Shown: piece after piece, positions 16,058-25,178 of the stretch
Numbering within the stretch: position 1 is the stretch's first letter
How the letters are laid out: every line of letters begins with the position of its first letter
Virus record (IMG/VR): IMGVR_UViG_3300006037_000017
Coordinates: 1 to 37,342 of that record
Source of the DNA: a virus
Lineage: Duplodnaviria > Caudoviricetes
Length of the DNA: 37,342 bases
Strand: one strand, 5' to 3'
Made by a program: the position numbers and the translations under genes
The notes under the pieces: model-generated
The model's database searches: none
Told to the model about the DNA's origin: nothing
What the model saw: the letters and a program-made list of their open reading frames with translations, nothing else

Positions 16058-17712
16058 GCACGCGGCCAAAGCTGAAGGCCGCGCTCAGCCAGAAGGATTT
16101 CCGCGACAAGATCGCGGAGATGGCCAATGAATTCGCGCGCCATATCGAACTGAACGTCGAGGCCTTTTCCGCTGATCCTGCGGCAAAGGCTGCGCGTCTT
16201 GCTCTGGTCAAAAAGCCTGACGGTTTCCAGTCGTTCATGGAAATCTACCTGCCGCACTACGTTCGTGGTGAGCATAGCCTGTTTCACCAGCATATTTTCG
16301 CCCGTATCCCCGAAATCCTTGAATCGCCCAAAGGTGCGCGGGATCTGTTCATCGCACCTCGCGGTGCCTCGAAATCGACCCACCTGTCATTGGGCTTTGC
16401 GCTTTATTGCATGATGCTGGGCATCAAGCGCTACATCATTGAGGTTTGCGACGTCTACGAACAAGCCGCCTTGCTGATTGAGGCGATCAAGGCTGAGCTC
16501 ACCACCAACATTCGCCTGCAAAACGACTTTCCTGAAGCCACCGGCAAGGGTCGGGTTTGGCGCGAGGGCGAGATCGTCACGCGCAACAACATCCGCGTCG
16601 AAGGTCTTGGCGCTGCCAAGAAGATCCGGGGCCGTCGTCACGGTCCTTATCGCCCCGATCTACTGTTCCTTGACGATATCGAGAACGATGAAAGCGTCAA
16701 CTCGCCCGATCAGCGCAAGAAACTCTGGAACTGGATCGTGCGCGCCGCCCTGAAGGTTGGCCCACCCGATGGCAGCATGGATGTGATTTACGTCGGAACG
16801 GTTTTGCATTTCGACGCCGTCATCGTGCGCGCCGCCAAACACCCGACTTGGAATGTGACCAAGTTTCAGGCGGTGGTGAAATTCCCCGATCGCATGGATC
16901 TCTGGGATAAGTTCGAAGAGGTTTATCACAACGACGGCGAAGAGGCGGCGAAGGCGTTCTACCACGCACGCAAAGCTGAAATGGATGCCGGTGCCGTGGT
17001 CAACTGGCCGTCAGTGCAACCGCTGCTTTGGCTCATGCTCGAGCGCGCCGCAGACCTCGCGGCGTTCCTGACCGAATACCAGAACGAGCCGATCAGTGAA
17101 GGCAACCCGTTCGGCAATCTGACCTATTGGGTCCAGCCAATGCGAGAGTGGATCCATTTTGGCGGAATCGACCCGTCGCTTGGCGGGAAACGCAAGGGCA
17201 GCGACCCGTCAGCAATCCTGATCGGTGGCTTTGATCGGCTGTCAGGCATCATGGACGTGGTCGAGGCATCGATCCGCAAACGGCTGCCTGACATCATCAT
17301 TTCTGACACCATTCAGTTCCAGCGAGATTATCGCTGCCTGCTTTGGTTCGTTGAGAGCGTCCAGTTCCAAGAGTTTCTCCGCACGACGCTGATGGTCGAG
17401 GCGGCAAAGAAGGGCGTCGGTATCTCGGCTGTGCCGATCGTGCCGAGCGCGGACAAGAATTTGCGCATTGAGCGCCTTCAGCCCCCGGTCGCCGCCGGGC
17501 TGATCCGGTTCAACACCGCGCATACAACGCTGCTGCAGCAGCTGCAGCAATGGCCGAATGCCGATCATGATGACGGCCCGGATGCACTCGACATGCTTTG
17601 GCAGAACACCCTGTTCTATGCCGGTGGTGGTGCGGCGGGCCAGATGCAGACTGCGTCGGCCGTTGCCGGAAATGATCCATTAAGCGGCTATCGGTTGGGA
17701 GGGCATCGGTAA
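16054..17712 (+). CDS. Terminase large subunit (Mu gp28-like)
   Basis: APRGASKST, RGRRHGPYRPDLLFLDDIEND, GGIDPS, HDDGPDAL. Confidence 0.93.
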   Translation: MSTRPKLKAALSQKDFRDKIAEMANEFARHIELNVEAFSADPAAKAARLALVKKPDGFQSFMEIYLPHYVRGEHSLFHQHIFARIPEILESPKGARDLFIAPRGASKSTHLSLGFALYCMMLGIKRYIIEVCDVYEQAALLIEAIKAELTTNIRLQNDFPEATGKGRVWREGEIVTRNNIRVEGLGAAKKIRGRRHGPYRPDLLFLDDIENDESVNSPDQRKKLWNWIVRAALKVGPPDGSMDVIYVGTVLHFDAVIVRAAKHPTWNVTKFQAVVKFPDRMDLWDKFEEVYHNDGEEAAKAFYHARKAEMDAGAVVNWPSVQPLLWLMLERAADLAAFLTEYQNEPISEGNPFGNLTYWVQPMREWIHFGGIDPSLGGKRKGSDPSAILIGGFDRLSGIMDVVEASIRKRLPDIIISDTIQFQRDYRCLLWFVESVQFQEFLRTTLMVEAAKKGVGISAVPIVPSADKNLRIERLQPPVAAGLIRFNTAHTTLLQQLQQWPNADHDDGPDALDMLWQNTLFYAGGGAAGQMQTASAVAGNDPLSGYRLGGHR

Positions 17713-17900
17713 TGGTGGACAGACCTGAACTCGACAACGAAGACGCCATCGCGATCGGGCTCAAGATTGTGGAAATGGCTGACCGGCTCAAGCCCATGAA
17801 CGCCGTGATGCCGGGCACTGAGGCGACTTGGGCATTCGAGATGGACGATCATAGGTTTGTTGTCTCGATGACAATGGCCACAAAGCAAGAGGGTAATTAA
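17712..17900 (+). CDS. Small hypothetical protein
   Basis: TAATG coupling; fills the terL-portal gap. Confidence 0.6.
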   Translation: MVDRPELDNEDAIAIGLKIVEMADRLKPMNAVMPGTEATWAFEMDDHRFVVSMTMATKQEGN

Positions 17901-17901
17901 G

Positions 17902-19293
17902 ATGAGCCGCCGCAAGCAGAAATACCGCGCGCCGGTCCGTCAAACCGCCTTTGCTGACGAAGGCCGCAAAAACCTGCCCGCCGATCAGCGCAACCTGATC
18001 GCCTCAGTTGCCAACGACATCACCATCCCGTTTTTCAGCGGCGTCATGCAGCACGCCGACGAAACTCTTATCGCCCAAGGTGGCGGCAAGGGTCTTGCGA
18101 TCTATGACGAGATCGAGCGCGATACCCACGCCGGTGCGATGCTCGACAAACGCAAGAGCGCGCTGATCTCGCGCGATTGGGAGGTTGAGCCAGGTGGTGA
18201 CCAGCCGGTCGACAAAGAGGCCGCAGATTTTGTGGCTGAGTGTATCGATGCACTGCCTTTCGATCGGGTCTGCCGCGACCTCCTCGATGCCACCCTGAAG
18301 GGTTATGCCGTCGCCGAAATCGTCTGGGCGCGGGAAGGCAATCGCATCAAGCCGGTCAAGGTGAAGGATCATGTGCAACAGCGCTTCGTCTTTGACCGCG
18401 ATTGGAATTTGCGCCTTCTCACCTGGACGAATTTGACCGAGGGCGAGCTGCTTCCCGATCGCAAATTCATCGTCCACCGGGTCAATGTGAAGGGGAACAA
18501 CCCTTACGGCTTGGGGCTGGGCAACAGTCTGTTTTGGCCGGTGTTGTTCAAACGCGAGGGCGTTACGTTCTGGCTGCACTTCCTCGAGAAGTTTGCAGGC
18601 CCCACGGTCGTCGGCAAAACGCCTTACGGCATGGTCACCGAAGAGCAGAACCGCCTTCTGAACACCCTGACCCAAGTGCGCACCAGTTCCGCGATCACCG
18701 TGCCGATCGGGACCGACGTGGAGTTTCTGGAAGCGTCTCGCGGCGGCACCGTGAACTATCAGGATTTTATCAATTATTGGGATACCCAAATCTCAATCCG
18801 CACGACCGGCGAGACGCTGACCAGCCAAGTGACCGCAGGCGGTGGCAACCGCGCCTTGGGCGAGGTTCACGCTGATCAGTTGGAAACCCGCGCGGATTCG
18901 GACGGCGATCAGCTGACCGACACGTTCCGCGACACGCTTTGCCAATGGATCGTGGATTACAATTTCCCCGGCGCAGCTATGCCTTCGATCCGGCGTTTGC
19001 GCCCCAAGAACGAACTCAAAGCTGCTGAAGCGCGCAAAGCCAAGGCTGAAGCCGCAAAAGTGTCAGACGAGGCTATCGCGGCCGTCGTCAAGCAATCTGC
19101 GAAATTCGAAGATGATCAGGTCGCGCGGGAATACATTGTCAGCTTCGATGTGACCGATGGCCTGTCTGATAAGACGATTGACGCCTTGGTTGCTGCCCGG
19201 AAGTTGTTTGCCGGTGATCCGGCGCAGCCCGACCCGTTCATCACCGCCGATCCGGCGCTGTTTTCGGCAGCTTGGCTCAAAAAAAAACACTGA
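17902..19293 (+). CDS. Portal protein (Mu gp29, DUF935)
   Basis: YDEIERDTH, LKGYAVAEIVW, NPYGLGL, FLEKFAGP, GETLTS, RALGEVH. Confidence 0.93.
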   Translation: MSRRKQKYRAPVRQTAFADEGRKNLPADQRNLIASVANDITIPFFSGVMQHADETLIAQGGGKGLAIYDEIERDTHAGAMLDKRKSALISRDWEVEPGGDQPVDKEAADFVAECIDALPFDRVCRDLLDATLKGYAVAEIVWAREGNRIKPVKVKDHVQQRFVFDRDWNLRLLTWTNLTEGELLPDRKFIVHRVNVKGNNPYGLGLGNSLFWPVLFKREGVTFWLHFLEKFAGPTVVGKTPYGMVTEEQNRLLNTLTQVRTSSAITVPIGTDVEFLEASRGGTVNYQDFINYWDTQISIRTTGETLTSQVTAGGGNRALGEVHADQLETRADSDGDQLTDTFRDTLCQWIVDYNFPGAAMPSIRRLRPKNELKAAEARKAKAEAAKVSDEAIAAVVKQSAKFEDDQVAREYIVSFDVTDGLSDKTIDALVAARKLFAGDPAQPDPFITADPALFSAAWLKKKH

Positions 19294-20873
19294 CGCATCG
19301 GCACGTTTGCTTCGCTGAAGAGGGTGGGCCGATCCAGCGCATCACCGATCAGGCGATAGCAGCGGCGGAGCAGCACTTTGCGCGCCGCGTTTCGGCAATC
19401 CGCCAAGTCATCAACGACGCGATCAACTGGAGCCCGATAGACGAGGTTGAGGCCAATGTTCTTGCCGGGCTGCTTGATCTGGCTGCTCGTTGGACGCCCG
19501 CACCACTCGGCCACCTGCTAGACCAGGCGCAGCAGCTGGCGGCGCTGGAGGGGCGAGAGGCAGTCTATGCCGATGCAGAGCCCGCGCGTTTTGCAGATGA
19601 AATCACGCTGACCCGTCAGGAATTCAAAGAGCAGATCGACTTCCTGACGCAAAAGCGCGGCAAGCCCACCCGCGTCTGGACCGATGCAATGCACGGCGAT
19701 CATGACCGGGCCTTCGTCGTTGCGGGCGTCACCGATCTTGCCATGCTTGAGGAGTTTCAGGCGGCGACCGTCGAAGCCGCCCGAACTTACGATTTGCAGA
19801 AGTTCGGCAGTGAATTTGACCGTCTCGTCGAGAAATACGGCTGGTCCTACAATGGCGGGCGGAACTGGCGGGTACGTACGATCTTCGAGACCAACATCCG
19901 CACCAGCTACATGGCGGGTCGGTTGCGCCAGATGCGCGACCCGGATGTTGTCAAACTCCGTCCCTACTGGCGGTATCGCCATGCTGACACCCGCGTGCCG
20001 GAGAATCCGCGCCCGGAACACGTCGCCTTCGATGGCTTGATCCTGCTTTGGAGTGATCCTTGGTGGGAGAAATACTTCCCCCCGAACGATTGGAAATGCT
20101 CTTGCGGCGTCGACACATTGTCGCGCGGTGATCTGCACCGATTGGGCAAGTCGGGGCCAGACAAGGCTCCTGATATCGTCATGCGGCCTCACCTCGACAC
20201 CACAAGCGGTCAACAGGTCATGCTGCCAGAGGGCATCGGATTTGGTTGGGATTATATGCCCGGCGATAAATGGGAGCGTGGCCTCGTGCCATCTGCACTC
20301 ATCGACCACGAAGCGGCAACTGCGACCGGAGATGCGAAAGGGCATCATCTGGTTTCGATCGACACACCTGAGCCAATGGCAGATCTGCTTGCCGCAGCGC
20401 GCCCGTTCGCATCCCCAGTAATGACGCCGGGCCTGCAAGCCGAAGACTATGTCCGTGCTTTCCTCGCGCCCTTCGGTGCCGATTTGGGCAAGGCCGTTCT
20501 ATGGAATGATCCAGCGGGATCGCAGATCGTCATTTCCGAAGATTTGTTCCGCGAGCATTCGGGGGCTTGGAAAATCGCCAAGCGCGGCCGCGATGTTCAC
20601 GCGGCGCAGCTCGCAGAGGCAATCCTGGACCCCGACGAGATCTGGCTCGGTGTCCGCGAGGTGCCGGTAGACAGCCAACCCGGTTACGTCGAGCAGATGA
20701 TCACAAGGCGCTACATCCGGGTCGATCCTGACACCGCGCTCTATGTGATGTTCGAGGTCGGCCGTCGCGCATGGGGCGCGGTCACCGGCTACGCATCGTT
20801 CAATCGGTCAAAGCCGGATTATCGGCACATCGACAAGCAAAGGGTCGGAAAGTTGCTCTGGAAAAGAAAATAG
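19272..20873 (+). CDS. MuF (gp30) head morphogenesis protein with C-terminal PBECR2-like nuclease fold
   Basis: RAFVVAG, RTIFETNIRTSYMAGR, RPEH, FPPNDWKCSCGV; C-terminal LAEAILDPDEIW...RRYI. No SD at the TTG start. Confidence 0.85.
   Translation: MAQKKTLTHRHVCFAEEGGPIQRITDQAIAAAEQHFARRVSAIRQVINDAINWSPIDEVEANVLAGLLDLAARWTPAPLGHLLDQAQQLAALEGREAVYADAEPARFADEITLTRQEFKEQIDFLTQKRGKPTRVWTDAMHGDHDRAFVVAGVTDLAMLEEFQAATVEAARTYDLQKFGSEFDRLVEKYGWSYNGGRNWRVRTIFETNIRTSYMAGRLRQMRDPDVVKLRPYWRYRHADTRVPENPRPEHVAFDGLILLWSDPWWEKYFPPNDWKCSCGVDTLSRGDLHRLGKSGPDKAPDIVMRPHLDTTSGQQVMLPEGIGFGWDYMPGDKWERGLVPSALIDHEAATATGDAKGHHLVSIDTPEPMADLLAAARPFASPVMTPGLQAEDYVRAFLAPFGADLGKAVLWNDPAGSQIVISEDLFREHSGAWKIAKRGRDVHAAQLAEAILDPDEIWLGVREVPVDSQPGYVEQMITRRYIRVDPDTALYVMFEVGRRAWGAVTGYASFNRSKPDYRHIDKQRVGKLLWKRK
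19279..19333 (+). other. Putative -1 frameshift/slippage signal (A9 plus downstream stem-loop) joining portal to MuF
   Basis: CTC AAA AAA AAA CAC TGA. The MuF ORF is open in the -1 frame across the run. Stem ATCGGC(19297-19302)/GCCGAT(19328-19333). Confidence 0.65.
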
Positions 20874-20974
20874 CGATCCGGGTGTTCGGATCGCCGCGTC
20901 GGCAGGACTATAAGGGCACGCACCGCCACATCCGATCGACACACTGAAAATAGGACAAAAGGCAGGAAAACTCA

Positions 20975-21544
20975 ATGGCCGGAATCTCCATCAGCATCGA
21001 TCTCGTCCAGGACGAAGCCCGCGCGAGCCTGCGTGCCTTGCTTGATCGCATGGATAACCGTTTGCCGTTCTTCAATGCGGTGGGCGAGCGGATGTTGGCA
21101 TCCACAAAAGACCGCTTTCAAACCGAAACGGCACCCGACGGAACCCCTTGGGCACCGCTCAGCCGGAGCCGGATCAAACAGCGCGAAGCGGCCAAACTTA
21201 CCCCTATCCGCATTTTGCGTGCACGCGGATATCTGGCAGGGTCAATCAACTACCAAGCAACCGCAGATGAAGTCGCAATCGGCTCGCCGGTGGAATCGGC
21301 CGCAGCTCATCAGTTGGGCGCTGCGATCCAGCAATCGGCGCGGCCCGCAAAGATCTATCGCAAGCGCGGTGCGGATGGCAGTGTTGGGCGGCGCTTTGTC
21401 CGCAAGTCTGAAGCCGATGTCGTCACCGACGTGACGATGCCAGCGCGCACCATCAATCTCCCGGCGCGGCCATTTCTTGGCCTGACTGCCGCAGATGAAA
21501 TCGGAATTTTGGAGGATGCAGAGCATTGGTTGCTGGGCCAATAG
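20975..21544 (+). CDS. Virion morphogenesis protein (Mu gpG / Phage_tail_S)
   Basis: RFQTETAPDGTPWAPL...AAAHQLG...LPARPFLG. Confidence 0.9.
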   Translation: MAGISISIDLVQDEARASLRALLDRMDNRLPFFNAVGERMLASTKDRFQTETAPDGTPWAPLSRSRIKQREAAKLTPIRILRARGYLAGSINYQATADEVAIGSPVESAAAHQLGAAIQQSARPAKIYRKRGADGSVGRRFVRKSEADVVTDVTMPARTINLPARPFLGLTAADEIGILEDAEHWLLGQ

Positions 21545-21740
21545 CGCCCCCCCGGCAAAAATCGCCACAGGCGCGCGTGGCAACCCTCCGTGTCTGTCGG
21601 GGCGTGAAAACCCGCCAAAGGGTGTTAGCCCCCCGTTAGGATCGCTGTCAGGCGCGATCCGAGCGGGCTTGGCGGATCGCGATTGACCGGTGGGGGCAGA
21701 CTGGCGCAATGTGCGCGCGAGACATCCGCCTTTCGTCCCG

Positions 21741-21786
21741 ACCGGACAGGTGTCCGAACCGATCCCCCCTCACAGCATGCGAAACA
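21741..21786 (+). promoter_or_regulatory. Late promoter 2 (PI-like), activator-binding palindrome
   Basis: ACCGGACA-GG-TGTCCGAACCGA; GCGA lies at the same spacing as in promoter 1. Confidence 0.8.
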
Positions 21787-21816
21787 GCTTCGGTAACCTG
21801 ACCGAGCTGGATTTCC

Positions 21817-22920
21817 ATGCCCAAAAATATCACCGCCCGTATTGAGGTGTTTCGTCCCGGCACCTTCCGCCCCATGTCTGGCGAGCCGATTACCTATTCG
21901 GCCGCCGATCTTTTGGCTGTGGCGGATGCATACGATCCGCTGACCGCGCCCGCACCGATTGTCGTGGGTCACCCAGATATCGACGCTCCGGCCTTTGGCT
22001 GGGTCGAGAGCTTTGATTATGACGCCAAGTCCGAGCGGTTGTTTGCCAACCTGCACGAAATCGAGCCGACCTTTGCCGAAGCCGTGAAGGGCGGGCGCTA
22101 CAAGAAGGTCTCTATGGCCTTTTTCGGCCCCGATCAGAGCCACAATCCGCAACCTGGCACCTGGTATCCCAAGCATGTCGGCTTCTTGGGTGCTGCGGCA
22201 CCGGCTGTCAGTGGCCTGAAGAACGTCAGCTTTGCGGGCGCTGCTGGTGCGACCTTCATGGCAGCCTTTGGTGCTGGTTCTCAATCCGCCTCAATCTTCC
22301 GCCGCCTGCGCGACTGGATCATTGATCGGGACGGGCTGGAGGCAGCCGACAAGGTGCTGCCCGCTTGGGAGATCGACTGGCTCGACGATACCGACGACGC
22401 AAAGCAGCCGCATTTCGCGGCTGATCCGACTCCCCCAACCAAACCGAAAGAGGATCCCGCTGTGACCCAACAGCCTGACCCGGCCTTCGCTCTGCGCGAA
22501 GCCGATGTAAATGCGCGCGAGAAGCGTCTTACCGATCGTGAGACGGCGCTGAATCACACCGACAACGTCAGCTTTGCGGAGCAGCTCGTCCAGGACGGCC
22601 GGTTGATCCCCGCGCTCAAAGACAAAGTGGTCGCAATCTTTGACAGCTTGCCGAGCCATGCCTCGATCAGCTTTGCGGAAGGTGCCGAGAAGATCACCGC
22701 TGGCGCTGCGTTGCGCGAAGTGCTGCAGGCGCTGCCCAAGGTTGTCGCCTTTGGCGAGATGGAACTGGGCGATGAACCTGGCAAAGCCAAGACCGCCGCC
22801 TTCGCCGCCGATGGCAAGCAGGTCGACCCTGCCAGCCTCGTCCTTCAACAAAAGGCGCTGGCCTATCAGCGTCAGCACCCCGGCATGGCGTTCATGGACG
22901 CCGTGGCCGCTGTTTCCTGA
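21817..22920 (+). CDS. Prohead protease/scaffold (Mu I-like)
   Basis: IEVFRPGT, APIVVGHP, PAFGWV, YKKVS, HVGFLGAAAPAVSGL. Confidence 0.88.
   Translation: MPKNITARIEVFRPGTFRPMSGEPITYSAADLLAVADAYDPLTAPAPIVVGHPDIDAPAFGWVESFDYDAKSERLFANLHEIEPTFAEAVKGGRYKKVSMAFFGPDQSHNPQPGTWYPKHVGFLGAAAPAVSGLKNVSFAGAAGATFMAAFGAGSQSASIFRRLRDWIIDRDGLEAADKVLPAWEIDWLDDTDDAKQPHFAADPTPPTKPKEDPAVTQQPDPAFALREADVNAREKRLTDRETALNHTDNVSFAEQLVQDGRLIPALKDKVVAIFDSLPSHASISFAEGAEKITAGAALREVLQALPKVVAFGEMELGDEPGKAKTAAFAADGKQVDPASLVLQQKALAYQRQHPGMAFMDAVAAVS
22462..22920 (+). CDS. Putative internally initiated scaffold protein (Mu Z-like)
   Basis: In-frame GTG at 22462 preceded by SD GAGGA, after a Pro-rich linker. Confidence 0.6.
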   Translation: MTQQPDPAFALREADVNAREKRLTDRETALNHTDNVSFAEQLVQDGRLIPALKDKVVAIFDSLPSHASISFAEGAEKITAGAALREVLQALPKVVAFGEMELGDEPGKAKTAAFAADGKQVDPASLVLQQKALAYQRQHPGMAFMDAVAAVS

Positions 22921-22930
22921 GGAGCCATCG

Positions 22931-23275
22931 ATGCAGTTTTACCAAGATGTCCTGACGGACACCGTGATCTCCACCAGCTTGTGGGAGGCCTACGATCTCG
23001 TCAGCTACGCCGGTGCCAAGATTACTGCAGCGGACGCTGTGGTGGCAGGCGTTGCCAAGCACCCGAACACCGTGATCGGCGATCCCGGCGCGATCATGCG
23101 TATCGGCATGGCCCGCGTGAAGGCCGTTGGTGCCATCGCCGCTGGCGCAAAGGTGGTGTCCGCTGCCGCAGGCGGTGTCCAAACCGTTGGCGCTGGCACC
23201 AATTCCTTCGGGCGCGCCCTGAACGCCGCCGCTGATGGTGAATTCGTCACCGTCGCATTCTCCACCGTCAACTGA
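22931..23275 (+). CDS. Capsid decoration/cement protein (DUF2190-like)
   Basis: SD GAGGAG; Ala/Gly-rich GAIAAGAKV...GRALNAAADGE. Confidence 0.8.
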   Translation: MQFYQDVLTDTVISTSLWEAYDLVSYAGAKITAADAVVAGVAKHPNTVIGDPGAIMRIGMARVKAVGAIAAGAKVVSAAAGGVQTVGAGTNSFGRALNAAADGEFVTVAFSTVN

Positions 23276-23285
23276 GGAGCATTAC

Positions 23286-24230
23286 ATGACCCCGCTGAAT
23301 ACCCGTACCGCCCAGGTCGTCGATGCTATCCTTTCGACGCATGCGCGCGGTTATCGCAACGCCGAGTTCATCTCGCATCTGCTGTTCCCGCGCGTCACCG
23401 TGCCGAACCGCTCTATGCGTGTTTTGAAGTTCGGCAAAGAAGCCTTTCGGATGCTGAATACCAAGCGCGCTCCTGGTGCTGACAAAAAGCGTGTCCAATA
23501 CGGTTTCGCATCCGATGCCGTATCGCTGATTCAAGATGCCTTGGAAGGTGTGGTGCCGATCGAGCATCAGGAAGAAGCCATGTCCATGCCCGGCATCAAT
23601 CTTGGCCAAGGCGCAATCAACATGGTGCTGGACTCGGTTGATTTGGGTCTCGAGTACGATTGCTCCCAAATGGCCCGCAATGCCGCAAACTACGCGGCCT
23701 CCAACAAAGTGACGTTGACAACCACCGCGCGCTGGACCGATCCGGCTTCGACGCCAAAAGCCGACATCAAAGAGGGCAAGGAAATTATCCGGCGCATGAC
23801 GGGCCGTTATCCGAACACTCTGATCCTTGGCCCTAACGGTGCCAATGCGCTGACCGAGCATGCTTCGATCAAGGACCAGTTCAAATACACCTCGGCCGAC
23901 TCCATCACGTTCGCGATGTTGGCGCGCGCCTTGCAACTCGACAACGTGATTTCCGGCAATGCCGTCTACTTGCCCGAAACCGCCACCGACGCAACGGCCG
24001 CGACTGACGTTTGGGGCGATGACGCGATCCTCGCCTATGTGCCCAAGGGCGAAAACTACCAGGTGCCAGCCTATGGCTACACCTACGAGCTTTCGGGCTA
24101 TCCGCAGGTCACGAAACCCTATTTCGAGGACCGCAACGACAGTTGGATTTATCCGACCAAGACCGAACGCCGTCCCTACATCTTGGGCGCGGATGCTGGG
24201 TTCCTGTTCACCAACGCGGGGCAATCGTGA
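23286..24230 (+). CDS. Major capsid protein
   Basis: SD GAGGAG, 314 aa, position in head module; ARGYRNAEFI...LFPRV...FGKEAF. Confidence 0.88.
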   Translation: MTPLNTRTAQVVDAILSTHARGYRNAEFISHLLFPRVTVPNRSMRVLKFGKEAFRMLNTKRAPGADKKRVQYGFASDAVSLIQDALEGVVPIEHQEEAMSMPGINLGQGAINMVLDSVDLGLEYDCSQMARNAANYAASNKVTLTTTARWTDPASTPKADIKEGKEIIRRMTGRYPNTLILGPNGANALTEHASIKDQFKYTSADSITFAMLARALQLDNVISGNAVYLPETATDATAATDVWGDDAILAYVPKGENYQVPAYGYTYELSGYPQVTKPYFEDRNDSWIYPTKTERRPYILGADAGFLFTNAGQS

Positions 24231-24787
24231 TGCCGGGTGACAAGATCAACGTTTGCCTGATCGGCCCGGCTAAGATCGGCGCGCGCTGGCTGAGGCAAGG
24301 TGAGCAAGGCGTCACTGCCGACGAGAAGCTTGCTCTGGAAGAGGCCGGGATGCTGGTTCCCGATGATCTGGCGGCCGCGCTGATCGCCGCCTCAGGTAGC
24401 CCGCAGCTAGCCATCCCCACGGGGACGGAGATCACTTTCGATCAGGAAGCCTTTAATGCGGCGGTCTCGGCAGAGGCCATCAAGCTCGCCCGTCAAGCTT
24501 TCGACGGCGAACTCGACAAGATGGAAGCCGAGCTGAAAGACATCGCCGAGCTGGGCGAAAAGGAAAAGGCCGATCTACGGACGCTCCTTGAGGAGACCAG
24601 CAGGCTGCTCGCCAACGAGCGTCAGAAATCTGCCGATCTGGCCGAAAAGCTGACGGCTGCAGACGCAGAGCTCACCGCTCTGAAGGTCGCACAGCCGGTA
24701 ATTCAGGCACAAACCGATACCCCCCCGAGCGAGAAGGTCGCAAAGACCGCCCCCAAGAAGGCCGCAGCGACCGCCCCCAAGGGCTGA
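24230..24787 (+). CDS. Hypothetical coiled-coil protein (head-associated)
   Basis: TGATG coupling with the capsid gene. Confidence 0.7.
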   Translation: MPGDKINVCLIGPAKIGARWLRQGEQGVTADEKLALEEAGMLVPDDLAAALIAASGSPQLAIPTGTEITFDQEAFNAAVSAEAIKLARQAFDGELDKMEAELKDIAELGEKEKADLRTLLEETSRLLANERQKSADLAEKLTAADAELTALKVAQPVIQAQTDTPPSEKVAKTAPKKAAATAPKG

Positions 24788-24797
24788 CAGCCCCGCG

Positions 24798-24826
24798 CCG
24801 GGGGCGGTGCCTGTCGCCCCCGGTTT
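24798..24826 (+). terminator. GC-rich hairpin, possible weak terminator
   Basis: CCGGGGGCG-N8-CGCCCCCGG-TTT. Confidence 0.4.
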
Positions 24827-24851
24827 CCCCTTCCAACCTCAAGGAACGCAA

Positions 24852-25130
24852 ATGCGCATTTCCCTTCGACCGATGGTTTCTCTCGGCCTCGTCGCAATGG
24901 CTTGGGCCACGTCTCTTTCCACCTTCTTCACCGATCTCGGCTTCCTGATTTTCAGTTGCATTCGGGAAGCCATGATCTGGACCTTCGATTTCATCCCACG
25001 CTTGGCCGAGCATGCGCGGCCGCTCCGCCAGATCGGGATGGCCGCCACCGCGCTCAATGGTCGCCAAGTTGGCGGGGTGCGCATCCACGGTTACCTCGGC
25101 CGCCCGGCCGTTCGGATGCTCGCTGGCTGA
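24852..25130 (+). CDS. Hypothetical membrane protein
   Basis: SD AAGGA; hydrophobic N-terminal half. Confidence 0.55.
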   Translation: MRISLRPMVSLGLVAMAWATSLSTFFTDLGFLIFSCIREAMIWTFDFIPRLAEHARPLRQIGMAATALNGRQVGGVRIHGYLGRPAVRMLAG

Positions 25131-25149
25131 AACGCGGATTTGATCTGGT

Positions 25150-25178
25150 CGGGGCGGTCTTCGGAGCGCCCCGTTTCT
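25150..25178 (+). terminator. Putative intrinsic terminator
   Basis: CGGGGCG...C-TTCG-G...CGCCCCG-TTTCT. Confidence 0.55.

Noticed and set aside
19272-19293. Pseudogene call for portal/MuF
   Set aside because: Portal is full length and MuF is intact in the -1 frame. Recoding is favoured, although a homopolymer sequencing error cannot be excluded.
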